From a virus (Duplodnaviria; Caudoviricetes): a stretch of DNA of 58,227 bases. Each line of letters opens with the position of its first letter. Position 1 is the stretch's first letter. Of the stretch, positions 8,221 to 18,108 are shown piece after piece. The stretch lies in the IMG/VR virus record IMGVR_UViG_3300027708_003611, positions 1 through 58,227 of that record. The stretch is one strand, 5' to 3'. The translations under genes were made by a program, and so were the position numbers. The notes beneath the pieces are model-generated. The model worked only from the letters and a program-made list of their open reading frames with translations. It was not told where the DNA came from and ran no database searches.

Positions 8221-8409
8221 TTACTTAGCTGCCTTACGACTGTTCTTTTCTTCTTGAATACGCTTACGTTCTTCGCGACCGTACTTAATAATCTCCTGAA
8301 GAGATTTGCGCGCGCGCGCACCTGCTGCGTTATTACCTTCATAGAATTTACCTGCTTCTATAGTAAATGTATTAACGAGTTCTGTTAGGGTGGATGATGT
8401 ATTTGGCAT
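8221..8409 (-). CDS. histone H1-like (Hc1-family) nucleoid protein
   Basis: KFYEGNNAAGARARKSL..I.K....RK.I matches the Hc1 N-terminal motif GNKAA..RARK. Confidence 0.75.
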   Translation of the reverse strand: MPNTSSTLTELVNTFTIEAGKFYEGNNAAGARARKSLQEIIKYGREERKRIQEEKNSRKAAK

Positions 8410-8497
8410 AATAAGATTATTTAAATAAGTATAAATAATATATCAACAGTAAAAAATACTGGTAAAATAATAAATTAATAATAATATATAGCTTGTA

Positions 8498-8680
8498 ATG
8501 AACGAAAGTGAAAAAAGTTGGGAAGAACACCTCTTTAACGAAGAGGTTGAAACACATGTTAAAAAGTCATTGCAGTACTTGCTAGATGAAGGCGTAATTG
8601 TTAAAATTAACGACAAATACCGTTTAAAAACAAAAAAAGAAATTGATAAAGAGTTGCAGAATATATTAAATTCTAAATGA
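8498..8680 (+). CDS. hypothetical protein (winged-helix-like)
   Basis: LQYLLDEGVIVK...KYRL. Confidence 0.5.
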   Translation: MNESEKSWEEHLFNEEVETHVKKSLQYLLDEGVIVKINDKYRLKTKKEIDKELQNILNSK

Positions 8681-8901
8681 ACGATATAACTAAGTATATC
8701 TATAAAGAATCAGATGAATGTGAAAAATTTTACGCTGATTTTGAAAACTACGAAACAGGTACCGTAAATACACAAGGTTATGAAAACGGTGATATGGTAC
8801 TATGGGTATGGAAAGATATAAAATATAGAGGGGTACTGAGACAGCAAGGTAGTCCTATAGATGGTTTATTTGAGCTTACTTCTGTTAAAGTACGTTCTTA
8901 A
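8677..8901 (+). CDS. hypothetical protein
   Basis: 74 aa, ATGA overlap. Confidence 0.55.
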   Translation: MNDITKYIYKESDECEKFYADFENYETGTVNTQGYENGDMVLWVWKDIKYRGVLRQQGSPIDGLFELTSVKVRS

Positions 8902-9089
8902 AAAATAATAGATACAGCATTATCTAAACCGGGTGGTTTCTGAGGCGTTATACGTATATCTTCGGTATTTACTATACCTTTGAGTGTAATATTTTTGTAC
9001 CTAAAACACTTTAAATGATTTTCGTCTTCTTGTAAAGAGAAGCAACTAGTAAAAAGTAAAGTGGATAAAATACAAATATATTTTAACAT
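8898..9089 (-). CDS. hypothetical lipoprotein-like peptide
   Basis: signal-like N-terminus with LFTSC lipobox. Confidence 0.4.
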   Translation of the reverse strand: MLKYICILSTLLFTSCFSLQEDENHLKCFRYKNITLKGIVNTEDIRITPQKPPGLDNAVSIIF

Positions 9090-9103
9090 ATCACTAATAA
9101 ATT

Positions 9104-10285
9104 ATGTCTAAAATTAAAAAAAAATCTACACCTATAGATAATGTTAAAGTAAATAAAATTGTACCGCATTATTTACCTACCGGTAATAGCAAATATTACG
9201 AGGCTTCACAGAGTCAAAATCATTTTCCTGTTGGAGTATATTTTGAAAATAAGTTTAATACTGCGCCTTGTACATACGAGGTAGATAAGGAAATATCTAA
9301 AGATATTGTACCGTTTTTAGAAGAAAATGGCGAGCTCATTTACGAACACATACATGTACCTTCTAATAAGCCTGGTTCAGCTGTTTATGATACAGGTAAT
9401 TTTTGGGATGAATCTGAAATAACAGAGAATAAGGTATTTGCATATAAAGATACGGTTGTTTATCTGCGAACCGCTACATCTCGCAGAATCAAAAAAGAAG
9501 ATAGTCATTACACTATATGTATAACGTATAAACCTGGCAATTCAAACCATATTGAGGACTTTGATAGATTTTTTATTAAAGAAGAAATTAAAAACGTTAT
9601 CTTTACAATTATGAAAGATGATCACGGAGGTATTCGTTTTGATCCTTTTGAAGTTACTATACCAGATGATTATAGTATTAAAGAGTGTTATGAACCGGAG
9701 TTTGAGTCTATACACAATACAATTGTCAGTAATTTAAATCAAAACGATTCAGGTCTTTATCTATTTCATGGGGACCCAGGTACTGGCAAGACAACATATA
9801 TTAAATATCTCTCATCTCTTATTAAGCGTGATCTTATCTATGTACCAACGAGCTTTGTAGACTGTATTGCTGATCCTTCTTTTCTTCCTGCTTTATTACA
9901 TAAGAAGCATTCAGTTCTTATTATAGAAGATGCAGAAAAGGCTCTTCTTGCTCGAGAGCCTGGTGATAGTTCCTCATCCTTAGTTTCTACTATTTTAAAT
10001 TTAACAGACGGTATTATGGCGAATGTGTTTAAACTTTCTATTATTGCTACTTATAATTCCCCGCGTCAAACTATTGATAAGGCTCTTCTTCGTAAAGGAC
10101 GTTTAAAAATGGAGTATAGATTTGATAAGCTTTCTATTGAAACAGCTCAAAAAATTATGAATAGTGTAAAACCTGATTATAAAGTTACAGAGCCAATGTC
10201 GTTAGCTGAAATATACAATATAAATGTTACTGATCATTGTAATACAAAAGATTTAGTAGAAGAAAAAAGAATGGGTTTCTTTTAA
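9104..10285 (+). CDS. AAA+ ATPase
   Basis: GDPGTGKT, IIEDAE, ILNLTDG, IDKALLRKGR. Confidence 0.9.
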   Translation: MSKIKKKSTPIDNVKVNKIVPHYLPTGNSKYYEASQSQNHFPVGVYFENKFNTAPCTYEVDKEISKDIVPFLEENGELIYEHIHVPSNKPGSAVYDTGNFWDESEITENKVFAYKDTVVYLRTATSRRIKKEDSHYTICITYKPGNSNHIEDFDRFFIKEEIKNVIFTIMKDDHGGIRFDPFEVTIPDDYSIKECYEPEFESIHNTIVSNLNQNDSGLYLFHGDPGTGKTTYIKYLSSLIKRDLIYVPTSFVDCIADPSFLPALLHKKHSVLIIEDAEKALLAREPGDSSSSLVSTILNLTDGIMANVFKLSIIATYNSPRQTIDKALLRKGRLKMEYRFDKLSIETAQKIMNSVKPDYKVTEPMSLAEIYNINVTDHCNTKDLVEEKRMGFF

Positions 10286-10292
10286 GAAAGAG

Positions 10293-10320
10293 TTGCAAAT
10301 AATAAAACAGCTGCTAATAT
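10293..10320 (+). promoter_or_regulatory. sigma70-like early promoter
   Basis: TTGCAA-N16-TAATAT upstream of ATG 10331. Confidence 0.5.
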
Positions 10321-10330
10321 AAAACTCGTT

Positions 10331-10567
10331 ATGACAACCAACACAACAATGACAGTAAAAAATATCGGTGAAATTGCCGATTTTAGCATTCCAACAATGG
10401 CTCCTCGCTCCATCAAGGAGAACATTATTGAGAATTATCTTAACCCTTCAAAGTACGAGTTTCTCGGCTTTGTTGATCGCTCTAACGACGTTCTTCTTCG
10501 CGCGCGTTTTCACAACGTTCGGGATAATAAGGGTCGTTTTGCTCGTGTTAGGGGAAATCGTCGCTAA
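10331..10567 (+). CDS. small basic hypothetical protein
   Basis: 78 aa, C-terminal RDNKGRF; own promoter and terminator. Confidence 0.65.
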   Translation: MTTNTTMTVKNIGEIADFSIPTMAPRSIKENIIENYLNPSKYEFLGFVDRSNDVLLRARFHNVRDNKGRFARVRGNRR

Positions 10568-10592
10568 TTTTATATATTAGCAATAAAAGAAG

Positions 10593-10624
10593 ACGGCCGA
10601 TTGTAAAAGATCGGCCGTTTTTTT
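10593..10624. terminator. intrinsic terminator between convergent genes
   Basis: acggccgat-loop-atcggccgt followed by a T run, A-rich tract upstream. Confidence 0.8.
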
Positions 10625-10802
10625 ATTCTAAAATACTATTAATAATAGAATCAAAAGATTCTTTTTTAAGAAAGTGTTTAATTACTTTTTCGGGCATTTC
10701 TTTAGCTGTTTTTTTAGCAGCACCAGTTACACCCTTTTTACCCTTTTTAGCACTCATGACAGCGCCAAAGAATTTGCGTTGTTTTTCTGATTTAGCTGGC
10801 AT
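10623..10802 (-). CDS. DUF3008-like small basic protein (59 aa, not in ORF track)
   Basis: MPAKSEKQRKFFGAVMSAKKG...AKEMPEKVIKHF; TAAATA just upstream. Confidence 0.75.
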   Translation of the reverse strand: MPAKSEKQRKFFGAVMSAKKGKKGVTGAAKKTAKEMPEKVIKHFLKKESFDSIINSILE

Positions 10803-10834
10803 ATTATATATTTATTAATAAACTCTTAAAGAAT

Positions 10835-11371
10835 ATGATGGCAACAAAAAAGAAAGCTATTAAACGTCCTCGTCGTCCAGTAGCAGTTTGTATACTTACA
10901 GATCAAACATTTAAGGTGAGTATAGCTATGCTTGAACGACAAGCTAAAAAATACAAATTCCCTACCGTTCAGGATTATCTTCAATATTACGTATGTAAAG
11001 ATGCTATTAAATCTTTAAAAGAAGGATATACTGATATCGAGATTCGTAATAAACATAATTGTAAAAATAAAATAGATCTACCGATGAAATACCTTAAGGG
11101 GTATGCTCCTAGAATTAAAAACCGTGCTAGAATTAAAAGAAGAGAGCAAAGAAAAGCACTTAATGAATTTATTAATGATACAACACCTGGTAAATATATG
11201 CTTAAGCCTAAGGAAGAAGCTAAGTTTTTAGATATGACTAATCCTGAGCACGTTCGATCATTAACAAGTTTTTCTTGCGCGCGACCTCATATTTTTCTTG
11301 ATAACGACAGAAACTGTAATGGTTGTAATATATATAATCTATGCTGTTGCCCAATTAAGAGACGAAAATAA
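10835..11371 (+). CDS. basic hypothetical protein with C-terminal Cys cluster
   Basis: CARP...CNGC....CCC. Confidence 0.65.
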   Translation: MMATKKKAIKRPRRPVAVCILTDQTFKVSIAMLERQAKKYKFPTVQDYLQYYVCKDAIKSLKEGYTDIEIRNKHNCKNKIDLPMKYLKGYAPRIKNRARIKRREQRKALNEFINDTTPGKYMLKPKEEAKFLDMTNPEHVRSLTSFSCARPHIFLDNDRNCNGCNIYNLCCCPIKRRK

Positions 11372-12189
11372 TGCTTAATAAACTTCCAGAATTAACCATA
11401 TTTAACTGTATAACATTTTTAAGTATTACGCACAAATATCTTATTAATAATGCCCCTAGTGCACCTATCTCAGTAACAGGGTTACTCAATCTTTATAAAG
11501 AAAAATTTGATAAAGAAAAATGGGCCGCAATAACCGCTAAAAAACAAAACACAACACCAGATACTATTTTAAGTATTTGGGATTTAAACAATTTGTATTC
11601 TACTACAAAGGGTACGATGCTTCATAATTATATTGAAAATTATTATAATAATAAAATTATACAATATAATAAAGATCAAGTAGAGAGAGAATTGGGTACC
11701 GAAGAACATCTTAAATTAAGAGAAGAAATACAAATTCTTATTAAACAATTTAACAATTTTTATAACGATCATCAACATATCTTACCGATAAAGAGTGAGT
11801 TACCAGTAGGAGACATTAACGGTACTAAGATTTGTGGTATGCTTGATATGTTAGCTTTTAATACAAAAAATAATACTTACGAAATTTACGATTATAAAAC
11901 TAATAAAGAAATTAGATCGAATAACAAATACGGTAAATATATGTTATCTCCTCTTGAGCATCTTTTTGAATGTGAACGTAATACATATAGTCTTCAATTA
12001 AGTATTTACAAATATTTTATTGAAAAATATACATCAATAAAAATTGATAAGCTTAATGTTATATGGTTTAATCAAAAAAATGATAATTATGAAATGATAC
12101 CGTTAGACTATCTAAACGAGGAAGTAGAGTTAATTTTAAATGATTTTTTAATCAACAAACTTACACAATTGAAAGTAGACAAAAAGTGA
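11371..12189 (+). CDS. PD-(D/E)XK (Cas4/RecB-like) nuclease
   Basis: GTMLHNYIE, GMLDML, IYDYKT, YSLQLSIY. Confidence 0.85.
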   Translation: MLNKLPELTIFNCITFLSITHKYLINNAPSAPISVTGLLNLYKEKFDKEKWAAITAKKQNTTPDTILSIWDLNNLYSTTKGTMLHNYIENYYNNKIIQYNKDQVERELGTEEHLKLREEIQILIKQFNNFYNDHQHILPIKSELPVGDINGTKICGMLDMLAFNTKNNTYEIYDYKTNKEIRSNNKYGKYMLSPLEHLFECERNTYSLQLSIYKYFIEKYTSIKIDKLNVIWFNQKNDNYEMIPLDYLNEEVELILNDFLINKLTQLKVDKK

Positions 12190-12522
12190 TATAATAAAAA
12201 TAAAAGGTATTGTTAAAAAATAACCAAATATTATACACGATATAAACGTTAACCACATACATAAACATATAGGACAGGTTATTACTTTAAGTAAAAACAG
12301 TGTTAAATTGCTTTTTGTACTATCTTTATAGGTAACGTATAAAAACTGTGGAAAACTTAATGTGTTAGTAAGTTTATAGTTAGTTATTGTTTGTTTATTT
12401 ACATTAAAAAGAATGCAATATTCTACAAAAGCGTTGGTTTTAAACCAAATAAAGAGAATACTTACAATAAAGGCTATTAAATTACAAAAAACAAGCATAA
12501 CTACTATAAATATATTATACAA
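12148..12522 (-). CDS. membrane protein with CxxC
   Basis: hydrophobic segments, ITCPICLCMW. Confidence 0.55.
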   Translation of the reverse strand: MYNIFIVVMLVFCNLIAFIVSILFIWFKTNAFVEYCILFNVNKQTITNYKLTNTLSFPQFLYVTYKDSTKSNLTLFLLKVITCPICLCMWLTFISCIIFGYFLTIPFIFIISLFVYFQLCKFVD

Positions 12523-12527
12523 TAATT

Positions 12528-12989
12528 ATGAAATTTGATTTACTTTTCAACCAAGTGTTTTTAACTGAAGCAGACAATATTAATATGCTTAGTGAAGACG
12601 ATCGCTCTAGTGTGGCTACTGCTGATACTGATATACCTGAAGTCGATCCTACACACAGTGATGTTGAAGGTGTACCTACTCCTGATAACTACGGTGTTGA
12701 AGACGCTCCAGTTATTACTCCCGCTGGTAATGCTGAAACACTTCTTAATTACGCTGAAAAAATTGAGCAATTTATTAAGGAGCTTAATGATCCTAGTGAA
12801 GGTTCTTTAAATAAGCTTATTACAGATTTAGATTATAAAGGTAGTTTGTTTGATGGAATTACTAGAACATTATCTGCTGATATTATTAATGCAGCAAAAC
12901 AATTATCTGAAATATCTCAAGCTCTTAACGGTTTTGCAATTAATTCAAAAAAGCGCGCTAAAGATTTAGCTATTAATCAAGGACAGTAA
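12528..12989 (+). CDS. acidic hypothetical protein, possible head internal protein
   Basis: TATAAATA upstream; N-terminal MKFDLLFNQVFLTE. Confidence 0.6.
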   Translation: MKFDLLFNQVFLTEADNINMLSEDDRSSVATADTDIPEVDPTHSDVEGVPTPDNYGVEDAPVITPAGNAETLLNYAEKIEQFIKELNDPSEGSLNKLITDLDYKGSLFDGITRTLSADIINAAKQLSEISQALNGFAINSKKRAKDLAINQGQ

Positions 12990-13031
12990 TAAAAGCTTTA
13001 TTTTTATAAAAGTATAGCGTATAATATATAG

Positions 13032-14042
13032 GTGGAAGGACTACCTATAGATTACGTAATACAGAACGTTTATAGTTACTGTAAACGTCCAACATATAAA
13101 AAGTATCAGGGTACTTATAACGCTGAGTGCTGTATTTGTAATGAAGGTTCGTCAGCGGGTAGTAAGAGAAGATTGTTTTATTTTCCGGCTGAACATTATT
13201 TCTACTGTTTTAATTGTAGTAAGTCATGGAATGAGATTAACTGGTTACAGGAAGTAACGAAAAAAACATATCATGAAATTTTAAAAGATTCTAAACAATT
13301 TGATAATTCTGTTAATTTAGTAACAATGCTATCAAGTCAAGAAAATAAAAAAGAATATAATATACCGACTATTCCTGAAGATAGTGTAGACCTATTAGAT
13401 ACACAACAATGTGATTATTATAAGGGGACAAGTCAATATAAACTTATTTCTAAAGCATTAGAATATTGCTGTAATAGAAGGCTGTTTACATCTATAAACA
13501 GACCGAAATCGTTTTATATATCTTTTAATGATTATGTTCATAAAAACAGACTTATTATACCCTTTTATTCAGAGTCGAGTAAAATAGAATCTTATCAAAG
13601 TAGAAGCTTAACTGGGGATGATTATCCAAAATATCTTACAAAGTATGGAGATAAATGCTTATATGGGGAAAATAATATAGATAATTCTATACCATATATT
13701 TTTATTTTTGAAGGCCCGATTGATGCTATGTTTGTAAAAAACGGTGTAGCTGTAGGCGGTAGTTCGATAACTAATAAACAAGAAACATTTTTAAACAAAT
13801 GTCTTGGTCAAGAAATTATTTACGTCTATGATAACGATAAAGACAATAAAGAAATGGACAAAAAGATTAAACATCTTATTGATCAAAATAAAAAAATATT
13901 TATATGGCCTAAGGAATTACAAAAATTTAAAGATATAAACGAAATATGTAGTCAATTAAAAATTGATGAATTTCCCTACAAGTTTATTGTAGATAATAGT
14001 TTTAGCGGTATAGAAGCTAGACTTAAATTTAAAGCGATCTAA
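13032..14042 (+). CDS. DNA primase (T4 gp61-like)
   Basis: zinc ribbon CCIC..CFNC, RLIIPF, FEGPIDAMF, YDND, KDINE. Confidence 0.92.
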   Translation: MEGLPIDYVIQNVYSYCKRPTYKKYQGTYNAECCICNEGSSAGSKRRLFYFPAEHYFYCFNCSKSWNEINWLQEVTKKTYHEILKDSKQFDNSVNLVTMLSSQENKKEYNIPTIPEDSVDLLDTQQCDYYKGTSQYKLISKALEYCCNRRLFTSINRPKSFYISFNDYVHKNRLIIPFYSESSKIESYQSRSLTGDDYPKYLTKYGDKCLYGENNIDNSIPYIFIFEGPIDAMFVKNGVAVGGSSITNKQETFLNKCLGQEIIYVYDNDKDNKEMDKKIKHLIDQNKKIFIWPKELQKFKDINEICSQLKIDEFPYKFIVDNSFSGIEARLKFKAI

Positions 14043-14265
14043 TACAAAAATTAACAGCCTTTAAGAATTTATCTCTATAATTTCTAATAGGTAAAGATTG
14101 TTCATCTTCATTTTCTTCAAGTGTTTGAAGACGTTGAAATTCTTTTTTTAAAGCAATATGAAACTCTTCACTAAATTGAATTTGCTTTGGGTAGCGAACT
14201 CTTGTAATAAGTTTCATTGTTGTAGGATAAAAACTTTCAACTATATTATTAAATTTATTGTTCAT
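14029..14265 (-). CDS. hypothetical protein
   Basis: 78 aa, begins 1 nt after the upstream stop. Confidence 0.55.
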   Translation of the reverse strand: MNNKFNNIVESFYPTTMKLITRVRYPKQIQFSEEFHIALKKEFQRLQTLEENEDEQSLPIRNYRDKFLKAVNFCIRSL

Positions 14266-14266
14266 G

Positions 14267-16240
14267 TTATCTTGGTCCAGCGTTTAAGAAGTTTCCGGCT
14301 CCAGCAAAATTTAAACCTTGTTGTGCTGCAGCTCCCAAGCTATTCATTCTCTGCATAACACCGGGAGATTCTTTTTGATAATCACATAAACGTTTAATAT
14401 TATCAATTAATCTTTTTGCTTCATTTGCGGCTCTAGCTTCTTTTATTAAAGATATTTCTTTTAAATTATAAATTGTATCAGGCTTGGTATCTTTTATATT
14501 ATCTACTTCGTAAAGTAAGTTACTTATATATGTTTGTAAACTAAAACTCTGATTAAGCTGTGTAGGTGCTGGTAGAGCTAATTGTTTTGAAGGCTCAGGT
14601 AAGGCTAATTTTTCAGGTGGTTCAGGCAATTTAAGTTGTTTATTAGCAGGCGCAGTTAGCACTACTTTCCACTGTTGCGCTGATTGTTGAGGGTTAATTT
14701 CTACTATTTGACCGTCTGGACGAATAGCTAATGGATATTTACCACCGTATGTTAATTTAGGATACTCACTGTATCCAAGCTCCGGTGTTAGTACTTCTCC
14801 TCGCTCTGGAGAAAGAGCTGTAGATGAAGGAGGTATAGGAGCACCTGGTTCTGGATTATCAGCTTTAGTAGGTAAGATTCCCTTAGTTACAAAATCTATA
14901 AATCCTTGATCAACTGCTGTGTCTTTTATCCAACTAAATTTAGAAACATCGACCGCTCTCTTAACAGCAGCAGCTATTTCTTTTGATATATCAACAACAT
15001 TAGCTTCAGTTATTAAATCTCCAAATATATTATTAAATATATTATAACATTCAGGTAAGCTAGGTTTTAAATTGCTTAAACCAGGTATTAATACTTCCCA
15101 GTTATCAGGTGTTACGCCGTGTTCAACTCTAAGTAAAGCACCATCGTAGCGAACAGCTAATGGAAATTGCTCTACCTGAACAAGTGTTTGATCTATCTTT
15201 CGCCACATTTGAGGCGGTACCCCGCTTTTTATTACCGCTAAAGTTAAATCTGGAAAAACAGCTAAGAAATTTAAATCTTTTGTTATAATTAAATCCCAAT
15301 CTTTACCAACGGTTACAATTTGAGCGTCAGGGCGAAGTTCTAAAGTACCGTCAGGGCGAAGTGCTAGTGGATATTTATCTCCCTCTGGTAGTTCAGGTGT
15401 ATTACCACCAGGTAATTGAGGTTGGTTTGGTCTACCGGGTAGTTGAGGAGGAGTACCGGGCCCTGGTTGAGGTGTACCTGACTCTGTAGTAGGGTGTATT
15501 AAGGCATCATATAACTCTCTAGCATATATAGCAATAAGAATTATATCTCTTATATGTAAATTACCTTCAACTAATTCAGCAAAATCTGATGTAATGGGTA
15601 AATTACCAGAAGCATACTGAGCTGTTTTATTAAAAATATTATACAATAAAGTTGTAAATGGTTGAGATGGATTTTTAAGAGCTAACACTCTTTTTACAAT
15701 ATCTGTACGCTTTTTTACAATATCCTGTACAGCGGGTAAAATGCATAAATTTTCTATAGTTGTATAAGCTGTACTTGCTAATTTATTTGTATCTGCGGTT
15801 CTTTTAGCTTCAGATGCTATAATACTTTTATTTACAGGGCTATAAATACTATAATCTAAATCGCTATTTTTCCATTCAGTAATAACTTTTAAACACTCAC
15901 TTTTGTTCGCTCCGGTATTAATATACGACTCTACGGCATTTATAAATGTAATAACATCGCTTGCATTAATACCTTTTGTATCTGTACTACGAATTCGTCT
16001 AAATAGATCAACTAATGGTGCAAGCTTAACATCATACTCATTAGGTGAAGGTGCAGGGTTTGAGCTTATACCAACATTAAGAGCTTTAAATAATGGCTCT
16101 CCTGGTTTAGGTAAACCTGTAGATAATTGAATAGATTGATTTTTATTATTATAAGCAGCAATTACTTCTTTATACCAAGAAGGTACTATACCTTCAGCTT
16201 CAATAAGTAAATTGTTTACAATATTATCAAAATTAAACAT
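14267..16240 (-). CDS. large Pro-rich protein with internal repeats, probable virion/internal protein
   Basis: late promoter upstream; repeated (KY/QF)PLA.R.DG; P/Q-rich linkers. Confidence 0.65.
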   Translation of the reverse strand: MFNFDNIVNNLLIEAEGIVPSWYKEVIAAYNNKNQSIQLSTGLPKPGEPLFKALNVGISSNPAPSPNEYDVKLAPLVDLFRRIRSTDTKGINASDVITFINAVESYINTGANKSECLKVITEWKNSDLDYSIYSPVNKSIIASEAKRTADTNKLASTAYTTIENLCILPAVQDIVKKRTDIVKRVLALKNPSQPFTTLLYNIFNKTAQYASGNLPITSDFAELVEGNLHIRDIILIAIYARELYDALIHPTTESGTPQPGPGTPPQLPGRPNQPQLPGGNTPELPEGDKYPLALRPDGTLELRPDAQIVTVGKDWDLIITKDLNFLAVFPDLTLAVIKSGVPPQMWRKIDQTLVQVEQFPLAVRYDGALLRVEHGVTPDNWEVLIPGLSNLKPSLPECYNIFNNIFGDLITEANVVDISKEIAAAVKRAVDVSKFSWIKDTAVDQGFIDFVTKGILPTKADNPEPGAPIPPSSTALSPERGEVLTPELGYSEYPKLTYGGKYPLAIRPDGQIVEINPQQSAQQWKVVLTAPANKQLKLPEPPEKLALPEPSKQLALPAPTQLNQSFSLQTYISNLLYEVDNIKDTKPDTIYNLKEISLIKEARAANEAKRLIDNIKRLCDYQKESPGVMQRMNSLGAAAQQGLNFAGAGNFLNAGPR

Positions 16241-16263
16241 AACTGTATATTATTTATACAGTT
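16241..16263 (-). promoter_or_regulatory. gp55-type late promoter (TATAAATA) within a 9-bp hairpin
   Basis: minus strand aactgtata-aataa-tatacagtt-ATG. Confidence 0.65.
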
Positions 16264-16264
16264 T

Positions 16265-16897
16265 TTAAGGCATAGTAATTAAAGAGGGTGTATCTTCACC
16301 GTAAGCATTACCGTTTTCTTGAATATAGAGTTTAATTTGATGTATTCTTGTATCTGGAGGACCTTCTAAAGCTATTAATGGAGGACAATCTTCCTTAGGA
16401 AGAAAAGCTGATTTTCCTTTTTCATATGATGAAACAATAGCTTTAAAGATGTTATCAATTTCCTGACGATAGATTGGGTCGATATCTCTTCCTTTACGTT
16501 TCTCTAAAGGTATTTCAGGTCTTAAAGGTAGATAAAAGACTACATCATAACTTTTAAGAGTTTCAGTCGCCAGAAACTTACTATCGATAATAAAATTATC
16601 GCTAACTTTCTGGTTAGCATTTAACCAAAGACTGTAAACGATATTATCTAATACACAACGATCAAATACTATGTGTTTTTCTTCAGAAACACTAGCAAGT
16701 TGAATTTCATCAATTAACGCATTAAGAATACATTTTTGACTCTTCTCATCACCCTTTTTATTAAGCTTAATTTTTTTCTCAGCAATAATATCTCTGTAGG
16801 TTTTTTCTGGTCGCTTATACATCGGCCATGTTTTAAGAAATTCATTAATGAGGGTTGTTTTTCCATTACACTGGGTACCTATGAAGGCAATTTTCAT
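16265..16897 (-). CDS. P-loop NMP kinase-like protein (AAA_28/thymidylate-kinase-like)
   Basis: GTQCNGKTT, FDRCVLD; directly downstream of queE. Confidence 0.75.
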   Translation of the reverse strand: MKIAFIGTQCNGKTTLINEFLKTWPMYKRPEKTYRDIIAEKKIKLNKKGDEKSQKCILNALIDEIQLASVSEEKHIVFDRCVLDNIVYSLWLNANQKVSDNFIIDSKFLATETLKSYDVVFYLPLRPEIPLEKRKGRDIDPIYRQEIDNIFKAIVSSYEKGKSAFLPKEDCPPLIALEGPPDTRIHQIKLYIQENGNAYGEDTPSLITMP

Positions 16898-16898
16898 A

Positions 16899-17663
16899 TT
16901 ATACTTTAAGTGCCTTGTTCCAAATTAACAACTGTAATCTAGGACTAAAATTAACGTGCATAGCTTTAGCATATTCAGCTACAGCAGGTGCTTTTTCAAC
17001 GTGTTCTTCCCTAGACCCACAACAGGGCATAAACCATATACGATTTAAAGGTATATTAATTCCTTCTTCATCTTTTACATACTTGCGCCAAATCTCATCA
17101 ATATCCTCTGATCGGTTAATAACAAATTTAAACCCTGAGCCTTCAGCTACGTGCCATTTAAGAACATCAGGCTTGTATGTTTTTTCCTCTGGATCACCAT
17201 TTGATGTAAGCTTTGGTGATGTCGTAAAAGTAACTAAATATTGCTCCCATTCAGATGACGGAATGAGTGTAGCGTTAGTCTCAAAATCAATACGTGGTAC
17301 AAAATTATAACGTTCTTGAAATGCTGCAATAAATTTAAGAAGTTGCTTTTCTTGAATTAACGGTTCACCACCTGTAAGTTTTAAGATTGCATTGTTACGC
17401 AGATATTCAATGTAATTATTATCTTCCATGAGTTTAAATATTTCATCAAACGTCATTTTATTCTTCACGGACCAAGAAATAAATGAATCACATCCATTAG
17501 GTGAGTCTTCTGAAGCAAACCCTTTACAAGTAAGATTACACATTGACATGCGCATAAAAACAGAAGGTACACCTACGTATTCTCCCTCTCCTTCAATAGT
17601 ATAAAATATTTTATCGTCAGATAAAAATAATGTTTCTGTGTCAGTTGATATCATATTATTCAA
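16899..17663 (-). CDS. queE: 7-carboxy-7-deazaguanine synthase (radical SAM)
   Basis: FYTIEGEG..G.P.VF.R, CNLTC...CDS, TGGEP, ETN, SPK, SPRLQ. Confidence 0.9.
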   Translation of the reverse strand: MNNMISTDTETLFLSDDKIFYTIEGEGEYVGVPSVFMRMSMCNLTCKGFASEDSPNGCDSFISWSVKNKMTFDEIFKLMEDNNYIEYLRNNAILKLTGGEPLIQEKQLLKFIAAFQERYNFVPRIDFETNATLIPSSEWEQYLVTFTTSPKLTSNGDPEEKTYKPDVLKWHVAEGSGFKFVINRSEDIDEIWRKYVKDEEGINIPLNRIWFMPCCGSREEHVEKAPAVAEYAKAMHVNFSPRLQLLIWNKALKV

Positions 17664-18108
17664 AATAAATTGCTGAGTTATTCTCGTGTTCGAACACTTC
17701 TACTTTTTCAACCCAACAGCGACCGTTTGTTTCGAGTTTAATAAAATCATTAGCAGTATTATAGCACCATTCAGCAGTCTTTTCAATACCTACTGCTTCC
17801 ATAATTCTAAGCTGACAACCTCTTTGATTGTTAAGCTCCTGCCAAAAAGGAAGAAGCGGATCGTCTTGTGCTATACATAGAGTATGATCAAACTGTTCAG
17901 TAAGTTTTTTCTTTAAAGATTTAAGGTTACCAAAATCTACAATCCAGTTTTTATCATCAAGTTCTTTACCTGCAAAATAAAATTTTGCTTTAAGCTGATA
18001 ACCGTGAATAAATTGACAATGACTATGTACAGCTCTCCATTGTCGAAAAGCACATGATCCTAATTCAATTAATTTAGTACTCTGCCAAGTAGGTTGTTTA
18101 ATTCTCAT
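17656..18108 (-). CDS. queD: 6-carboxy-5,6,7,8-tetrahydropterin synthase
   Basis: SHCQFIHGY, VDFG.LK, FDHT, VEVFEH. Confidence 0.9.
   Translation of the reverse strand: MRIKQPTWQSTKLIELGSCAFRQWRAVHSHCQFIHGYQLKAKFYFAGKELDDKNWIVDFGNLKSLKKKLTEQFDHTLCIAQDDPLLPFWQELNNQRGCQLRIMEAVGIEKTAEWCYNTANDFIKLETNGRCWVEKVEVFEHENNSAIYFE

Noticed and set aside
11371-12189. CRISPR-Cas4 adaptation module
   Set aside because: No Fe-S Cys set, other cas genes or array; ordinary phage PD-(D/E)XK nuclease
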